This document shows positions 41,604 to 54,247 of a stretch of DNA of 64,000 nt, piece by piece. Both the position numbers and the translations under genes were made by a program. The notes below the pieces were generated by a model. The model saw only the letters and a program-made list of their open reading frames with translations. It ran no database searches and was not told where the DNA came from. The DNA is from Salpingoeca rosetta (lineage: Eukaryota; Protista; Choanoflagellata), in the NCBI GenBank assembly GCA_033442325.1, contig JAWQFM010000013.1, forward strand, positions 1,205,065 through 1,269,064, read 5' to 3'. Within the stretch, counting starts at the first letter, position 1. Every line of letters starts with the position of its first letter.

Positions 41604-44536
41604 TCAGGCTTGAGGGCCACCGAAAGTCCGCGCTTGCGAGATCAGCTCGATGGCGTGCGCGGGCGCCACACCACTGGCTTCGAGAGTGGCGGCCGTGAAT
41701 TTGCCTCGTTGCACCATTGTCACCAGCGTCGCAAGGCTCTTGATGCCGTGGTGATTCAACGCTTCGCGAACTCGTGGCAACAGTCGTAACTGTTTCAGCC
41801 AAGCTGTCAGCGTTTGATCAAAGTATTCCTCTTCCTCTTCATCTTCTTCCTCCTGTCGCGCATATGGAGGCGGTCCGAGTGCTTCCGATGTCACGGCTTT
41901 CACACGCCTGATCGTGTCTGCCCCTGCCAAGGTCGCAGGCGGTGCAGAGTTCCAAGGTCTGGGTGGCAGCAGAGATCCGAACTTGTCGGTGATCTCGCTT
42001 ATTGAAACAAAATCGTCCCCAAGACGCATGCGTTCCGTGCGGCACTGAGCTGCGCTGTCGAAAGAAAGCAGGGAGGTGTGGTCGAAGGGAAGCAGAAGGT
42101 ACGTCTGGAGGTCACGGTGATAGCGCTCCGGCATAGCAACGCTGATCATCGCAGACAGCTGCTTGACAAGCTCGTGTGGCTGCGGCCCCTCAACGTGGAT
42201 CTTGATTCCACCAACGGCAGGAACAAGCTGAAGCTCCACTCTGGATGCCGTGCCGATGTCGATGATGGCGTGGGTGCGGCTCAGTTTGGGTTCTTGCGAG
42301 TACGAGCAGTCATGCCCAATGCGGCCCAGGATGTGCGCCAGAAGCAAAGTGAAGATGCCCTCCGGTAAGAAGGACTTGTGCCGGATTGCGTCGACCGTCA
42401 TGCGTGCTGTTCGTGTCACGTGATCACCATTCAAGAAGAAGCTGAGGTAGACAGTGTTGGCCTCATACCCAGCGTACGGGTGGGCAAGTTTTGCTGCCGT
42501 CGCACTCAGCGTCACAGACGAACCAAAATCGTTTGGTGGCGTGTCCAACCGCATCGGTAAGATGGCTGGAATCAGGAACTTTCGCGATTGCTGGTGCTTG
42601 GGCTGTTTCTGTGTACCGTGAGGGCTCTTGGTGCAGTCCGCCAGAGGCCGGGCATCTTCACACTCCACACACAGTCCATACTCGATCATCAAGCGAAGAA
42701 ACGGCTCGACCATGTCAGCTCGCATGTCCTGCCACAGCACGTCGAGGACACGGCGATGCAGGATACCACGCTGAACGAGGTCGTCCCACAGGTGCGCGCC
42801 AACCTTGACTGCTTCTTGGTCATGTGCGCCGCGGTGCAAGTCAAAGTTGCGGATGACACGTGCCATCATGTCCACCGCCCACTGTGGGCTGAGAATCACA
42901 AAATTGTGCATGTCGCCAATGTCGTGGAAGTACAGCACTAGCGAATAGAGACCAAGGTACTGCATGCACATCCTCGCGTCATGCTTGGTGATCAGGCCAT
43001 GCTTGCGTGTGATGGCTTCAACTTCATCCATGGCCATCAGATCTCTGCCCTGCTCTTTGTACGTGGCCATGAGCTCGTCGTACACCTTGATGTACGCCAC
43101 TGGCACATCCTGATTCACAAACGGCTGCTTCAATGCTGTGGTGGAGATGGTCTGGCGCAGGTCCTGGATCATGGGGTCGTTGATGGACTTGGTGTTGTCC
43201 ACGGGCCAGAACCACAGGCCGTGCTTGTCGTTGCGCACAACGGAAGGGAAGGCGGGATGGCAGCGGAAGCGTCTGTACAGCTCTGGGGAGATGCCTTCTT
43301 GCAGCTTATTCGATGTCACGTTATCAGCAAAGGTGCCGACCATGAGCACCGGTGCGCCCTTGGCGTGGAGGTGCAGGGAGGAGAGCCAGTAGTTAATAAA
43401 CTCCCACGCCTCGGCCCGCTTGCTGGGGTTGGGGTGCAGCAGATCTTCCATGGAGAACACCAGGAGGTAGACCGCATTCCTGATTGTGTTGTGCAGGGAT
43501 CAGTCGGGTTGGCACAGTGGCATGTAAGCAGCATATTGGATGAAGAGACGCAGGAATACGACAGGCATGCGTATCAAAGCGCGCACCACAGACACACACA
43601 GACACAAACACACACACACACACAAACACACACAATGCACAGACACACACAATGTACAGACACACACAATGTACAGACACACACAATGTACAGACACACA
43701 CAATGCACAGACACACACAATGTACAGACACACACAATGCACTCACACACACACACACACACAATACACTCACACAGACACACACACACAGACACGCATG
43801 CACGCAGTGTGCGCGCACATCGTCGCGACTTCACTTACTCTGTGAGGAAAAAGGGGTGGAAGATGTAGAAGGTGGACTGGCCGCCCAGGTCAAACACCTT
43901 AAACGTGACGCGTGCCTTGCCCTCGCCCATTGTCACGTCAAGGTGAAGGTCTTTGATGGCTTTCTCCATCTCCTCTGAAGGGACGACGGATTGACTGGGC
44001 ATTGTTGATGTGCTGTAGTTGCGACGATGCTTCATGTCTCGTCTTCGACTTGAGGGAACAGAGGAATTGGACCACGATCGCCGCTTGTTGGGGCGTCTTG
44101 CTCTTGCTGGCTGCTTTGAGCGACAAGTGTCTCGCTTCTCTGCCTCGTGAACTGCCGTGGCTTCCTCGGGTTCCCTCAGTACTTCGTCCTCTTCCTCGTC
44201 CTCGCGCTCTTCCTCATCACTGCTCACGTGTTCCACGCCTTGTTGCTGCTGCTGTTGTTGCTGCTGTTGCTGGTGGACGCGCTGCTCACGCTCCTTCACT
44301 GCTTTCATCATCGCCACTCTCATGGCCACGTCCATTCCAGTGGTCTTTGCCAGGCCCGCGTCTCGGAGAGTACGCATGTACTCGCTCAAATCACTCCGAA
44401 CGCGCTGCAATGGTGAGCACATGCAGTGTGTGAGGCGGAGAACCAGCGTGCCTGCAAGCACATACACACACACACACATAACCTTCAACAAGCGAACAAC
44501 CAAACTGCCAAAACACTTACCAAACAAATAAACAAA

Positions 44537-44606
<70 letters not shown>

Positions 44607-44958
44607 CGTGAAGGTAATCACACCTTCCAGTCGCAGACGTCCATGGACTCCACGATGACAGACAGGTCTGTGGTTTCAGCGCCAAAGGTGGAGTGCTCGT
44701 CCCTGTTGAAGGCAGCCCCCATGAGGGAGTTGAGAGTGGTGGTTTTGCCTGCACGGCCCTGGCCAACCAGCATCAACTTGGCACGGCCTGCCATCTGTGT
44801 ATCTGAGTGCAGTGCGATTTGGTGCATCGCCGCCATCACGTCGGCCTCACGCTGCGCCTGATGTTGGGGCTGATGATGATGATCATCCAGGGTGAGAATA
44901 GGAGAATGGGGGTGAGCAGAAGGAATGCCGAGCATTAGTCAAAGACGAGGGGGCACTC

Positions 44959-44993
<35 letters not shown>

Positions 44994-46100
44994 AACTACG
45001 CGTGATTGCAGTCATGCATGCAAGTGCACATTCACAGATTCCCTTGCACCCTCTCCTTCTCAGACCTCGACTCACATCACGTTGGGTCATCGGTGTGTCC
45101 TCAGCTGGCGGAAAAGCCGCGTCATGCGGAAGCTCACCCTGTGAGCCAAGATCACATGGCAAGAGAAGCATCGAATCAACATACACACACGCACACCTGT
45201 ACACGCACACGTATTCGCACAAACAACAACAACAACAACAACCACTACTTGCAGCATTCACAATCAGCACTACACACGATAGGGCACAACATGCACAGAC
45301 GGCGTGCGGTGGAACTTTCCCCGAACCTTGCCGTTCTTGATGGTTTCATCGACACGACATTTCCGAAGCAGGGACACAATGGCTTGCTGGTTGTGTCGAT
45401 ATGCAAGATGGAGCGGTGTGTCGCCCTGCGTTGAAATTGAAGGCGAGACAGCAGGTCGGGTTGAGTGTAAGAGAGGGAGCAGGGGTTTTAGTTCTCGCAG
45501 AACACTACAGACTTGCAGACACTGACGTGCTCTGCTTCCTACCTCTTCATTTTGTTGGTCGAGGCGAACGTGGTCTTCATTAATGAGCGACGTCACGAGC
45601 TGGACATTTCCGTGCTTGCAGGCATCGAAGAGCTGCTGCTGCTGCTGCCTGTTAACTTCGCGTCCTTCGTTAAATGCCACTTGCCCCTCAGGGTCTTTTT
45701 CCCTGCGGCCATGCAGTCCAATAAGATTATCCATTCGGTGAAACAGCATGAGTGCGGCAAGACACACATGCATAGCGAGCAATAGAGCTCTCTCCAAACG
45801 TCAGGGCACGGCAATGGCCGAGCAATGCAGTGGTGAATGTGTCACGGACCATTTGCCTGTCCAGATTTCACGATGAACGGGCACGGCAGCCCCGAAAGCG
45901 CGAGCAGTGGCAGTCGAGTTGTGGCTCAACCTGAAGTCAGCGTAAACGAAGCACTCTCGTGTTAGAGTGAGGTGGGTCGGCGACACAGCATGAAACCATG
46001 AAACGAGTGTCGTGTGTGTGTGTGTGTGTGTATGTGTGGCGTGTTGTGTGTGCGTGCGCGTGTTGTGTGTGCGTGCGCGTGTTTTGTGTGCGTGCGCGTG

Positions 46101-46163
<63 letters not shown>

Positions 46164-47134
46164 GGCGCGCATGTTGTGTGTGTTGTGTGTGTGTGTGTGT
46201 GCGGGCGCGCGTGTTGTGTGTGTTGTGTGTGTGTGTGTGTTGTGTTCTAGTCATGTCATACCAAGCAAAAATGCAAGAAAAATCATGCACAGCCGTCAAG
46301 AGCAGAAGCCATTGTGTATTGAGAGGAAGAGGACACAACAGCACAACACGACGCCCGAACTTCAAAACAACGTACGTGAGCACTCTGAGTGAGTGGTTTT
46401 CATGAAGAGAAGCGCCCAGCTCTGCACCGCCACCAGGCGTGATGGTGTTGATGTCCAAGCTTGACCGGACAGCAAGAGAACACAAAGTAGGAACAGCAAT
46501 GAGCCGAGGAGACAAAACATGTGGGAGGTGCACAGTGCGGATCGCAAAGCAGATACTTGCTGTTGAACCAGATGCAAATATCAACTCCCAATCAGCCCTG
46601 CCAATCACATACCCAAGCGTCGTCACTGCCTTGTTGCGTCGGAGCATGTTGGCCAGTGCGACCGCTGATGAATCACTGAGTCCGTTGCAATTGAGCCTGA
46701 GCAACCGCAAATGCGAATGCGGACGTGGTCGTAGCACATGTACAAAGGTGATGTGGGTGTTGAGGTGATCATAAACGAGCCGATTCGGGCAGAACAAGGG
46801 GCTCATGCAGGAGCTGATGATCACAGAGCTGCAGAAGCGAGGCAATTCATATTGATGTTCAACTGGTGGTGTGATGGAGGGGCTGATCGAACGAACCATA
46901 ACACTTGCAGCGTAGAGTTGTCCGTCTCAAGTGCCTTTGCCAATGCCTCAACACCAGCATCACCAATGGCATTCTCCCCCAGCCTGTTGCACAGAGCAGC
47001 ACGGTGATTCAGTGGTGGGAAGATGGACCGTGTGAGTGACATGACATGATCACAAACAAGTTTTGGTCCCGATTGGTCGATGGCACCTCCCTGCGTGACT
47101 GGCACGTTGCCTCAATCGTCCCTGCATTCACACG

Positions 47135-47187
<53 letters not shown>

Positions 47188-48731
47188 AACAAACAAACAA
47201 ACAAACAAACAAACAAACAAACAAACAAACAAACACACACACATTCGCACACACACATTTGCACACACACAAACACATTCGCACACACACACAAGCCATA
47301 CACGCGCGCACGCACACATATGCATGTGCACTGAGGGCTGCCGACACGTTGCATCACTCTATCACTCACTTGAGGTGGGTGAGAGTTGTTGAATCTTTCA
47401 GCATTTCGGCCAGAGCTTGAGCACCCTTGTGGCCAATGGAGTTGGCGAACAACCTGCCAAGCAATGGGTGGGCGTTGTGCGATAGAAAAGGTGAATGACA
47501 TCACTGCCTACAAGCACACGCATCCACCAAGTTGGCCCAGCACAAGAGCACAGTTTCAACCCATGCTGACTCACGAGACGTGTGTGATGGTTGCGTTCGT
47601 GCGCAACATATTCGCCAGTGCCTCAGCGCCAGCAAGGCCGATGTTGTTATGGTGCAGTCTAACAGATAAGAGAGAGAAACGAGAGACGTTGGCCACACAA
47701 CACGTTAGCCATGATGAGGCTGCAGCGAACACATGAACGGCTTGAAGGTGGAGAGGAGGCTGAGAATACAGTATGTACTCAGACAGTCAGCATGTCGTGC
47801 AGCACGAAGCCACCTCGCCTCGAACGGGCACCCACCGAAGCTCCGTGACGCTCTTGTTGCGGCACAACACGTCTGCCAAAGCTATGGCGCCTTCATTGCC
47901 AATGCGATTGCTTTGCAACCTGGAGTCGAGTTGGAGCACGATAGCGATAACGTGGTGAGCGGTGCACGCGCAGGAGGTGCTTCGCGAAGGTTAAGGGCAG
48001 GGGTGAGTCATCATCACAGATTGCTCGACACCAATGCCATTGCTTACCGAAGGATCGTGATGGTCTTGTTGCTTGCAAGCATGTTAGCCAAGGCCTTAGC
48101 ACCATCAGGTCCAATGCAGTTGTGGCCCAGACTATCTCACATAGGCGGTTCAAAGACACCGGGTGAACGGGAGTGAGCACAAGGCATAAGTTCGGGCAAG
48201 TCAGCACACAACACAAACAAGGAACACATGGGGTCTTGGGGTGGCATGTTCAGGTTATGTGCTTATGTGATGTTATGCTTATGAGTCATCTCAACAAGCC
48301 CACAAGCACAAGAGGTCGTTGCTCCAAAACCTTGAACTGCTGAGCCTCTCACCCTAATAGCTTGACGCATGTGTTTTGCCTGAGCGCGTGGGCGATAACA
48401 GTTGCTCCCTGGCTGTCCAGAGACACGAAACCAAGCCTGCCAAGGAGATTGCGAAGAGAGAAAGACCCCTCGTGTAAGCTGTGTTTGCGCCACACCCAAG
48501 AAACACAAACAAAGCCCAGGACCGACACACAAGAAGAAGACAAGAGCGCGAAGTGCGGCGAATATCGTGGAAGCAACAGGGCATCACATCACATCACAAC
48601 ACTCACGTGACAGCTGGTCCACATGTACCATCGGCTATGGCTCTGATCTCGTTCTTGCCGTCTTCTCCCAGCTGCAGCGCCGCTATCATCGCTTCTAGCT
48701 TCTCCCGCGTTACCCGCGAGCTGGACGCCAT
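41604..48731 (-). CDS. ROCO family protein: RI-type LRRs, ankyrin repeats, Roc GTPase, COR and SAM-like C-terminus; no kinase
   Basis: ATG at 48731 and eight LRR exons (LxxNxIGxxGAxALAxxLxxNxTLTxL). Ankyrin: [17 protein letters not shown] and GDTPLHLAY. Roc: G1 [15 protein letters not shown]2 STFG, G3 [12 protein letters not shown]4 MVGTFAD. COR: [25 protein letters not shown]. Terminal SAM-like helical domain [10 protein letters not shown]...LEASGV. Confidence 0.92.
43628..43742 (+). repeat. 17-bp minisatellite, about 6-7 copies (intronic)
   Basis: [17 protein letters not shown] units. Confidence 0.85.
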
Positions 48732-49250
48732 GTCGGCTGTTGTGTTTGTGTTGGTTGCCAGCCAGTCCTCCGTTGTTTGCGTTTTGCCTTTTGTGAATTA
48801 AATGCAGTCTGTGAATTGGATTCCCAGCAAAGGAGTGCCTCCTTTGTTGCTTGCTGATGGTGATTCTTGCTGCTTGAGCTTGGGCGTCCCAATCGCAATT
48901 TGTAACCTCAAACCAAGCCCAACTTTTGGCTGTCGTCTGTGTGACTCACAGGCGCAGGAGGAGGGGTTTGCGTGTGGACACACAAAGCGAACAATCAAGG
49001 CCCAAAGCAACGAAGTTAACATAATGTAACAAACACCAGCAATGAAGAGTTAAAATAGATAACAATGGACTGGCAGCAGTGTGACATGACACAGAACACG
49101 GGAGAGGACATGACCATCAGAATGCAATGACGCAACAGCGCCTCAGGAACGTGACCTACCCACACCACACCCACGCTCTACCTAACAATGAAATGAGTTG
49201 TTCGTGACTAACACACACACATACCCCCCCCCCCACACGCACACACCCAC

Positions 49251-49351
<101 letters not shown>

Positions 49352-49364
49352 CATGATGATCAGG

Positions 49365-50079
49365 TCACCGCAGCAAGGCCGTGCGTTCGTCGCAGGAGAT
49401 GTGGTGGCTGTGCCGCTGCCGCTGCCACTGCTGCCGCCGCTTGCGTGCGTGTGTGCAGAGGGCGAAGGCGGAGACGATAGCAAGCACGCCGCCAGCAGCG
49501 AGCAGCACGCCTCCGTATGCGAATATCTGGTGCGGCAAGTCGAGGTCGAGCGCAAAGACGTTGTGGACTGTACCCCAGCGTGGCCATATGACGAGTTGCA
49601 GCGCCGTCTGCACGACGAGCGAGAGGGAGAAGCGCGTGGTCATGAGCAGCAGGTACAGGCTGTGGTGCACGCGGGAGGCGTGGTCGCTCCGGTGGATGAT
49701 GCTTTGCGCCAGCTCCTCATCGGGTGCGCTGTCGTTGGCCGCCAAGTCGTCCTCATCGTCATCACCACCATCATCACCACTGCCGTTGGGATGGTGCGTT
49801 GGGTGGTCATCACCGTGCACGTGCCCACGAGGATACCGTGTGTGCATGCACGCTCCACCCCCTCCTCTTCCTGCTTCAACGGCGACGGGGAAGTAGGGTG
49901 GCGGCAGCAGCGGCGGTCGTGATGACGAGGGAGGCAAGGGTGGTTGCAGTTGCTCGGGTGAGGCACAGACGCCATCAAGGACGCGGTAGTTGCGGCGGGT
50001 GGGTGACTGCTGCTTCGGGCATGTGCATGGCTCAGTGTCGTTGTGGCATTCCACTGCATCCACCAGCATGGTGCGCTTA

Positions 50080-50110
<31 letters not shown>

Positions 50111-51764
50111 TTGTTGGTGCTGTTGGTGCTGTGTCTGCCAGCACTGCAGGGGTGCCTGCTGCCACGCGTACGCGTGTTCCCGCTGCCATTGATGCTGTTG
50201 TTGGTGTTCGTGCTGGTTTCGAGCTGATTGAATCGTAGTCCGCCACCCGAGAAGCAGCAGCAGAAGCAGTAGCAGTAGCAGTAGCAGCAGGAACGGTCGT
50301 GTGTTGCGTACATGTGGGGGCGCGGGCCCTGGCTGCTTCTGGCGCGGTGGAGACGACAAAGACGTGCTGCAGGTACTTGCCCATGAAGGACGCGGCAATG
50401 ACAAGGAACGATTCCGTGATGATGTGGTAGACGGCAAGGCACGCCCCGATGGTGATGATGCTGCGGCAGTAGGAGAGGGCCACGAGCGTCAGGCCAGCAG
50501 CCAGCAGCATGCACGCGGCAAAAGGGAAGCTGGCGTGCGACCGCAGGCGCTGCACAGCGGCGTGCACGCTGTCCACATATTGGAGGGAGAGGACGACGGC
50601 AGAGGCAACGCCGTATGTGGTGGCGCCAACCAGGCCGTTGAACTTGATGTTGTGGCGGTCGTAGTCGAGCACCAGCAGCGCCCACAGCGTGATGACAACG
50701 GTATGCACAGCGCGCAGGACAGCGTACGAGCAGAGCCAGAGGAGCAGGCGCGGGTGTTTGAGGGCGCGGAGGAAGATGCGAGTGGTGCGCGCGGACGAGA
50801 CAGTGGACACGCCTGACGACGACGAATACGATGCGGTCGGAGGTGTTGTGGATGTTGCCGCTGCTGCTGTTGTTGTGCATGATGATGATGATGATGCTGC
50901 TGCTGTTGTTGTGAGTGTCGCGGCGGCTGCTGAGAGTACGCACGAGCGGCTGTGCTGGCCACCGCCATGGTCGCGCTGCAGTGCGTGATGCGCCTGCAGC
51001 GTGCAGTTTATGTAAGCGGTGTCTGAATGGAGGAACGCATTGGAGTGTAACGCGTGCGGCTGGTGGTTGTCGGCGCCGTCAGCAGCAGCAGCAGTAGCAG
51101 CAGCGTTACACGTGCAGCTGGCGCCATCGTGGCTGCTGGCGTGTGATGTTGTGGCCGGGGACGTGCGGGTGGTGTCGGTGGTGTCGGTGGCCGGGGATGG
51201 GACGAGGAGCGGGGACGCAGAGGCGATAGACACCATGTCATCGTGTTGGATGCTGAGGGCCTTGACAGGGGATGGGTTGGCGGAGCTGAAGGCGTGGGAG
51301 CTGGTGCTGTTTGGGATGATGCCGGAGAGGGCGCCAAAGAGGATGATGAGGCAGGCGAGGGTGCTGGAGGCAATGGCTACGTAGAAGGTGAAGAGGTACG
51401 TGGGGTGCTTGGAGTGCATGGCCAGGCCAAAGCCAATGAGATCGGAGGTGAAGGACGCCGCCATCATGGCCACGCTGCTGTAACCTGCGGCAATCAGGTA
51501 CGCGCGCCGCGGCAGGTGCGTGAACAGCACGGCCGTCACCAGGAAGATGGCGCAGAAGCCCGTGGTCCACGTGAGCTGCATGCAATGCATGTCACCACCA
51601 CAGGGATGTGATGGCACGAGGAGGTGGAAGTGGGTGGAAGTGGAGGTGGAGGCGGAGGTGAGGCGGGTGAGGGAAGAAGAGGTGCAGAAAGGGGGGGGGG
51701 GGGGAGGGGAACGGGACGTGCGTGTGCGCGCCCACAGATAGACAGAGACAGAGACAGCACACAA

Positions 51765-51816
<52 letters not shown>

Positions 51817-52423
51817 CCTATTTTGACCTATTACAGTGGGGGAGAGTCATGTGCGACTGATCTATAGGGAACTATTTTCTGTGAACAGAGGAAGATGGCA
51901 TCCGGCCCAGAGCGGGTGAACGACAAAGGCTCGATACCCCTCTCACTTATTCCTGGTGAGTTTCATGCATTTCGACATAAGACATTGTCGCAGACGTTTT
52001 TGTACTCCTCCCCGCCCTAGGCGACTGCTCAGATGCTTGGATTGCCTGATAGAGGCCAGAGTGGGATCTCTAATGCACTAATTACCCGGATATCGCGCTC
52101 GGCGCTTCAGGACCAGGGAAGTNNNNNNNNNNNNNNNNNNNNNNNNNNNNNNNNNNNNNNNNNNNNNNNNNNNNNNNNNNNNNNNNNNNNNNNNNNNNNN
52201 NNNNNNNNNNNNNNNNNNNNNNNNNNNNNNNNNNNNNNNNNNNNNNNNNNNNNNNNNNNNNNNNNNNNNNNNNNNNNNNNNNNNNNNNNNNNNNNNNNNN
52301 NNNNNNNNNNNNNNNNNNNNNNNNNNNNNNNNNNNNNNNNNNNNNNNNNNNNNNNNNNNNNNNNNNNNNNNNNNNNNNNNNNNNNNNNNNNNNNNNNNNN
52401 NNNNNNNNNNNNNNNNNNNNNNN

Positions 52424-52469
<46 letters not shown>

Positions 52470-52786
52470 CGAACCTGTGAGAGAAGGACGCCTTTCAGAG
52501 AGGCGGAGAAGAGGACGAGCATTGGGGAGCCAATGGAGGCGGCGGCGCAGACAAGGAGGGCGAGGCGGGCGCCAGCGACAAGGTACAGCAGCGCCATGGC
52601 CGCCGCCGATGCAAAGAAGAAGGGCACCCCATACGCAAACACCTCGTCCTGGAGATGCTGCGAGTCGGTGCCGTAGCGCTCCTTGATGTATGCTGCCATA
52701 TACGGCTGGGACGGATCAAACCAGTGGAAGTACTGGAAGGCCACCATCAGCGCCAGCAGCCGCTTCCCACGCCAACCCACCGACAT
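49365..52786 (-). CDS. SLC19 (reduced folate/thiamine carrier) family transporter; middle exon(s) probably in the gap
   Basis: N-terminal FQYFHWFDPSQPYMAAYI...LQDEVFAY matches the SLC19 P[SG]E[PS]FxxxYL...V.NEI pattern. Also PRLLLWLCSYA...KFNGLVGA and FSLSLVVQTALQLVI...LDLDLPHQIFAYGG (SLC19 LQT...LGL...QF..Y). Confidence 0.75.
51832..52102. mobile_element. Possible DNA transposon end inserted in the SLC19 intron
   Basis: Non-microsatellite block abutting a gap and beginning TA|CAGTGGGGGAGAG, similar to the TA|CAGT termini of Tc1/mariner-pogo elements. The other end is not visible. Confidence 0.3.
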
Positions 52787-53239
52787 GGCTTGGCTGCGTG
52801 GCTCGCGGGCTGACTTGCGGGCGGGCTGGTTGGAGCTGTGCTCTCTGGCTGGAGCGGCGGTCGGTGACGCGAGGCGCGCGCGTGTGTCGTGGACGCTTGT
52901 GCGTGTGCGTGCTCGCTCGTGTGCTGCTGGCGTGTGGGAATCGTAAGAATGGCTGGCGTCGGACAGGTGCTCGCTGGTGCTGGCGCTGCTGGATTGGAGG
53001 AGAGCGTGCTATTGTCAGCGTGTGGGCGTTGTTGTGTTGTGTGTGTTGGTTTTCCCTCGTCATCTTCTTCTTCGTTTCGACCAAGAAGACACACACAACG
53101 GCAGCACGTGTGCAATCCAACCGACCCACTGACCGCTGTTGCTGTTGCGCTGTGTGAACTTGCGTGCGTGCGTGCGTGCGTGTGTTGTGCCTCGAGCAAC
53201 GAGCGAGTGAGTTGCAGTGAGCAACACGGCGAGGTAGGG

Positions 53240-53689
53240 ATGTGGGAGCAGCACGGGTTTGGGCCAGCGCGGTCAAGCACGCATCTTGACTCGTTGAAGA
53301 AGCGGAAGCTCGTTGGCATTTGGCTGCTATCCTCTGCATTGATCCAAGGCTGGATCGGTCAGTGTCCACGTGTGTGTGTGTGTGCATGCGTGCATGTGTG
53401 TGTGTGCATGCGTGCGTGCATATGTGTGTGTGTACTTGAGGGAGATCTGCACTCATTTTACACTCGTATTCGTACATACAGCTGCACGTATGACACACAC
53501 ACACGCACATGCACGCATGCACACACACACACACGCGCGCGCGCGCACATGCACACACACCTCACCTTCTTTCCGTCTCCTTCTCATTACTTTTGTGCAG
53601 CGTATCAGATGTGGGGAGAGCGTGGCGAGCGCAACCGCGAGGCGCTGCGACAATACTTGACAAAGGGCCAAGACCAGAACAACAAGTAG
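53240..53689 (+). CDS. Small (68 aa) single-TM protein, two exons
   Basis: 53240-53357 and 53601-53689 splice (GTCAGT...TTTTGTGCAG, phase 1) to MWEQHGFGPARSSTHLDSLKKRKLVGIWLLSSALIQGWIAYQMWGERGERNREALRQYLTKGQDQNNK*. Confidence 0.5.
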   Translation: MWEQHGFGPARSSTHLDSLKKRKLVGIWLLSSALIQGWIGQCPRVCVCACVHVCVCMRACICVCVLEGDLHSFYTRIRTYSCTYDTHTRTCTHAHTHTRARAHMHTHLTFFPSPSHYFCAAYQMWGERGERNREALRQYLTKGQDQNNK

Positions 53690-54147
53690 TGTGCACGTAG
53701 TTGTGCCGTGGAGGCGAATGCACATGTCCGGGATGTGTGCGTGTGTGCGTGCATTTGCACCCCCCCCCCGCCTTTTCTTCTTTCTTCTCTCGCTGTCCAT
53801 ACATCTTCTTTCCTTTCTTCACTCTATCTTCCCCTTGCAACTGTTCCCACCTTCGCCGGCCATTGCACTTGTTACGCGACACCGCTCGCTCCTTTCGTTC
53901 GCTTTGTACATACACTCGACGGCATCCAATACACAGTAGGCATCACACAGCGCTGAGAGAGGCAAGAGCAATGATGTAACAGAGACAAGGGCGCAACGGG
54001 AACCGCAAAACGTCAGCTACAATTGACGAGAGGAGAGAGGGAGCAGGGAGAAGGAGTAGGGAGAGGGGGTCAAGCAAGGCCACAGTGGAGGCAAGTACAG
54101 AGATGAAAGGGGAGGGGGGTTGTCTTGGGTGTGGCAGAGCAGCGTGT

Positions 54148-54226
<79 letters not shown>

Positions 54227-54247
54227 CGAACGGCCTTCCAACGTACG

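Noticed and set aside
41604-42200. LRRK-type kinase domain after COR
   Set aside because: No GxGxxG, HRD or DFG motifs; the ORF ends after a short SAM-like domain.
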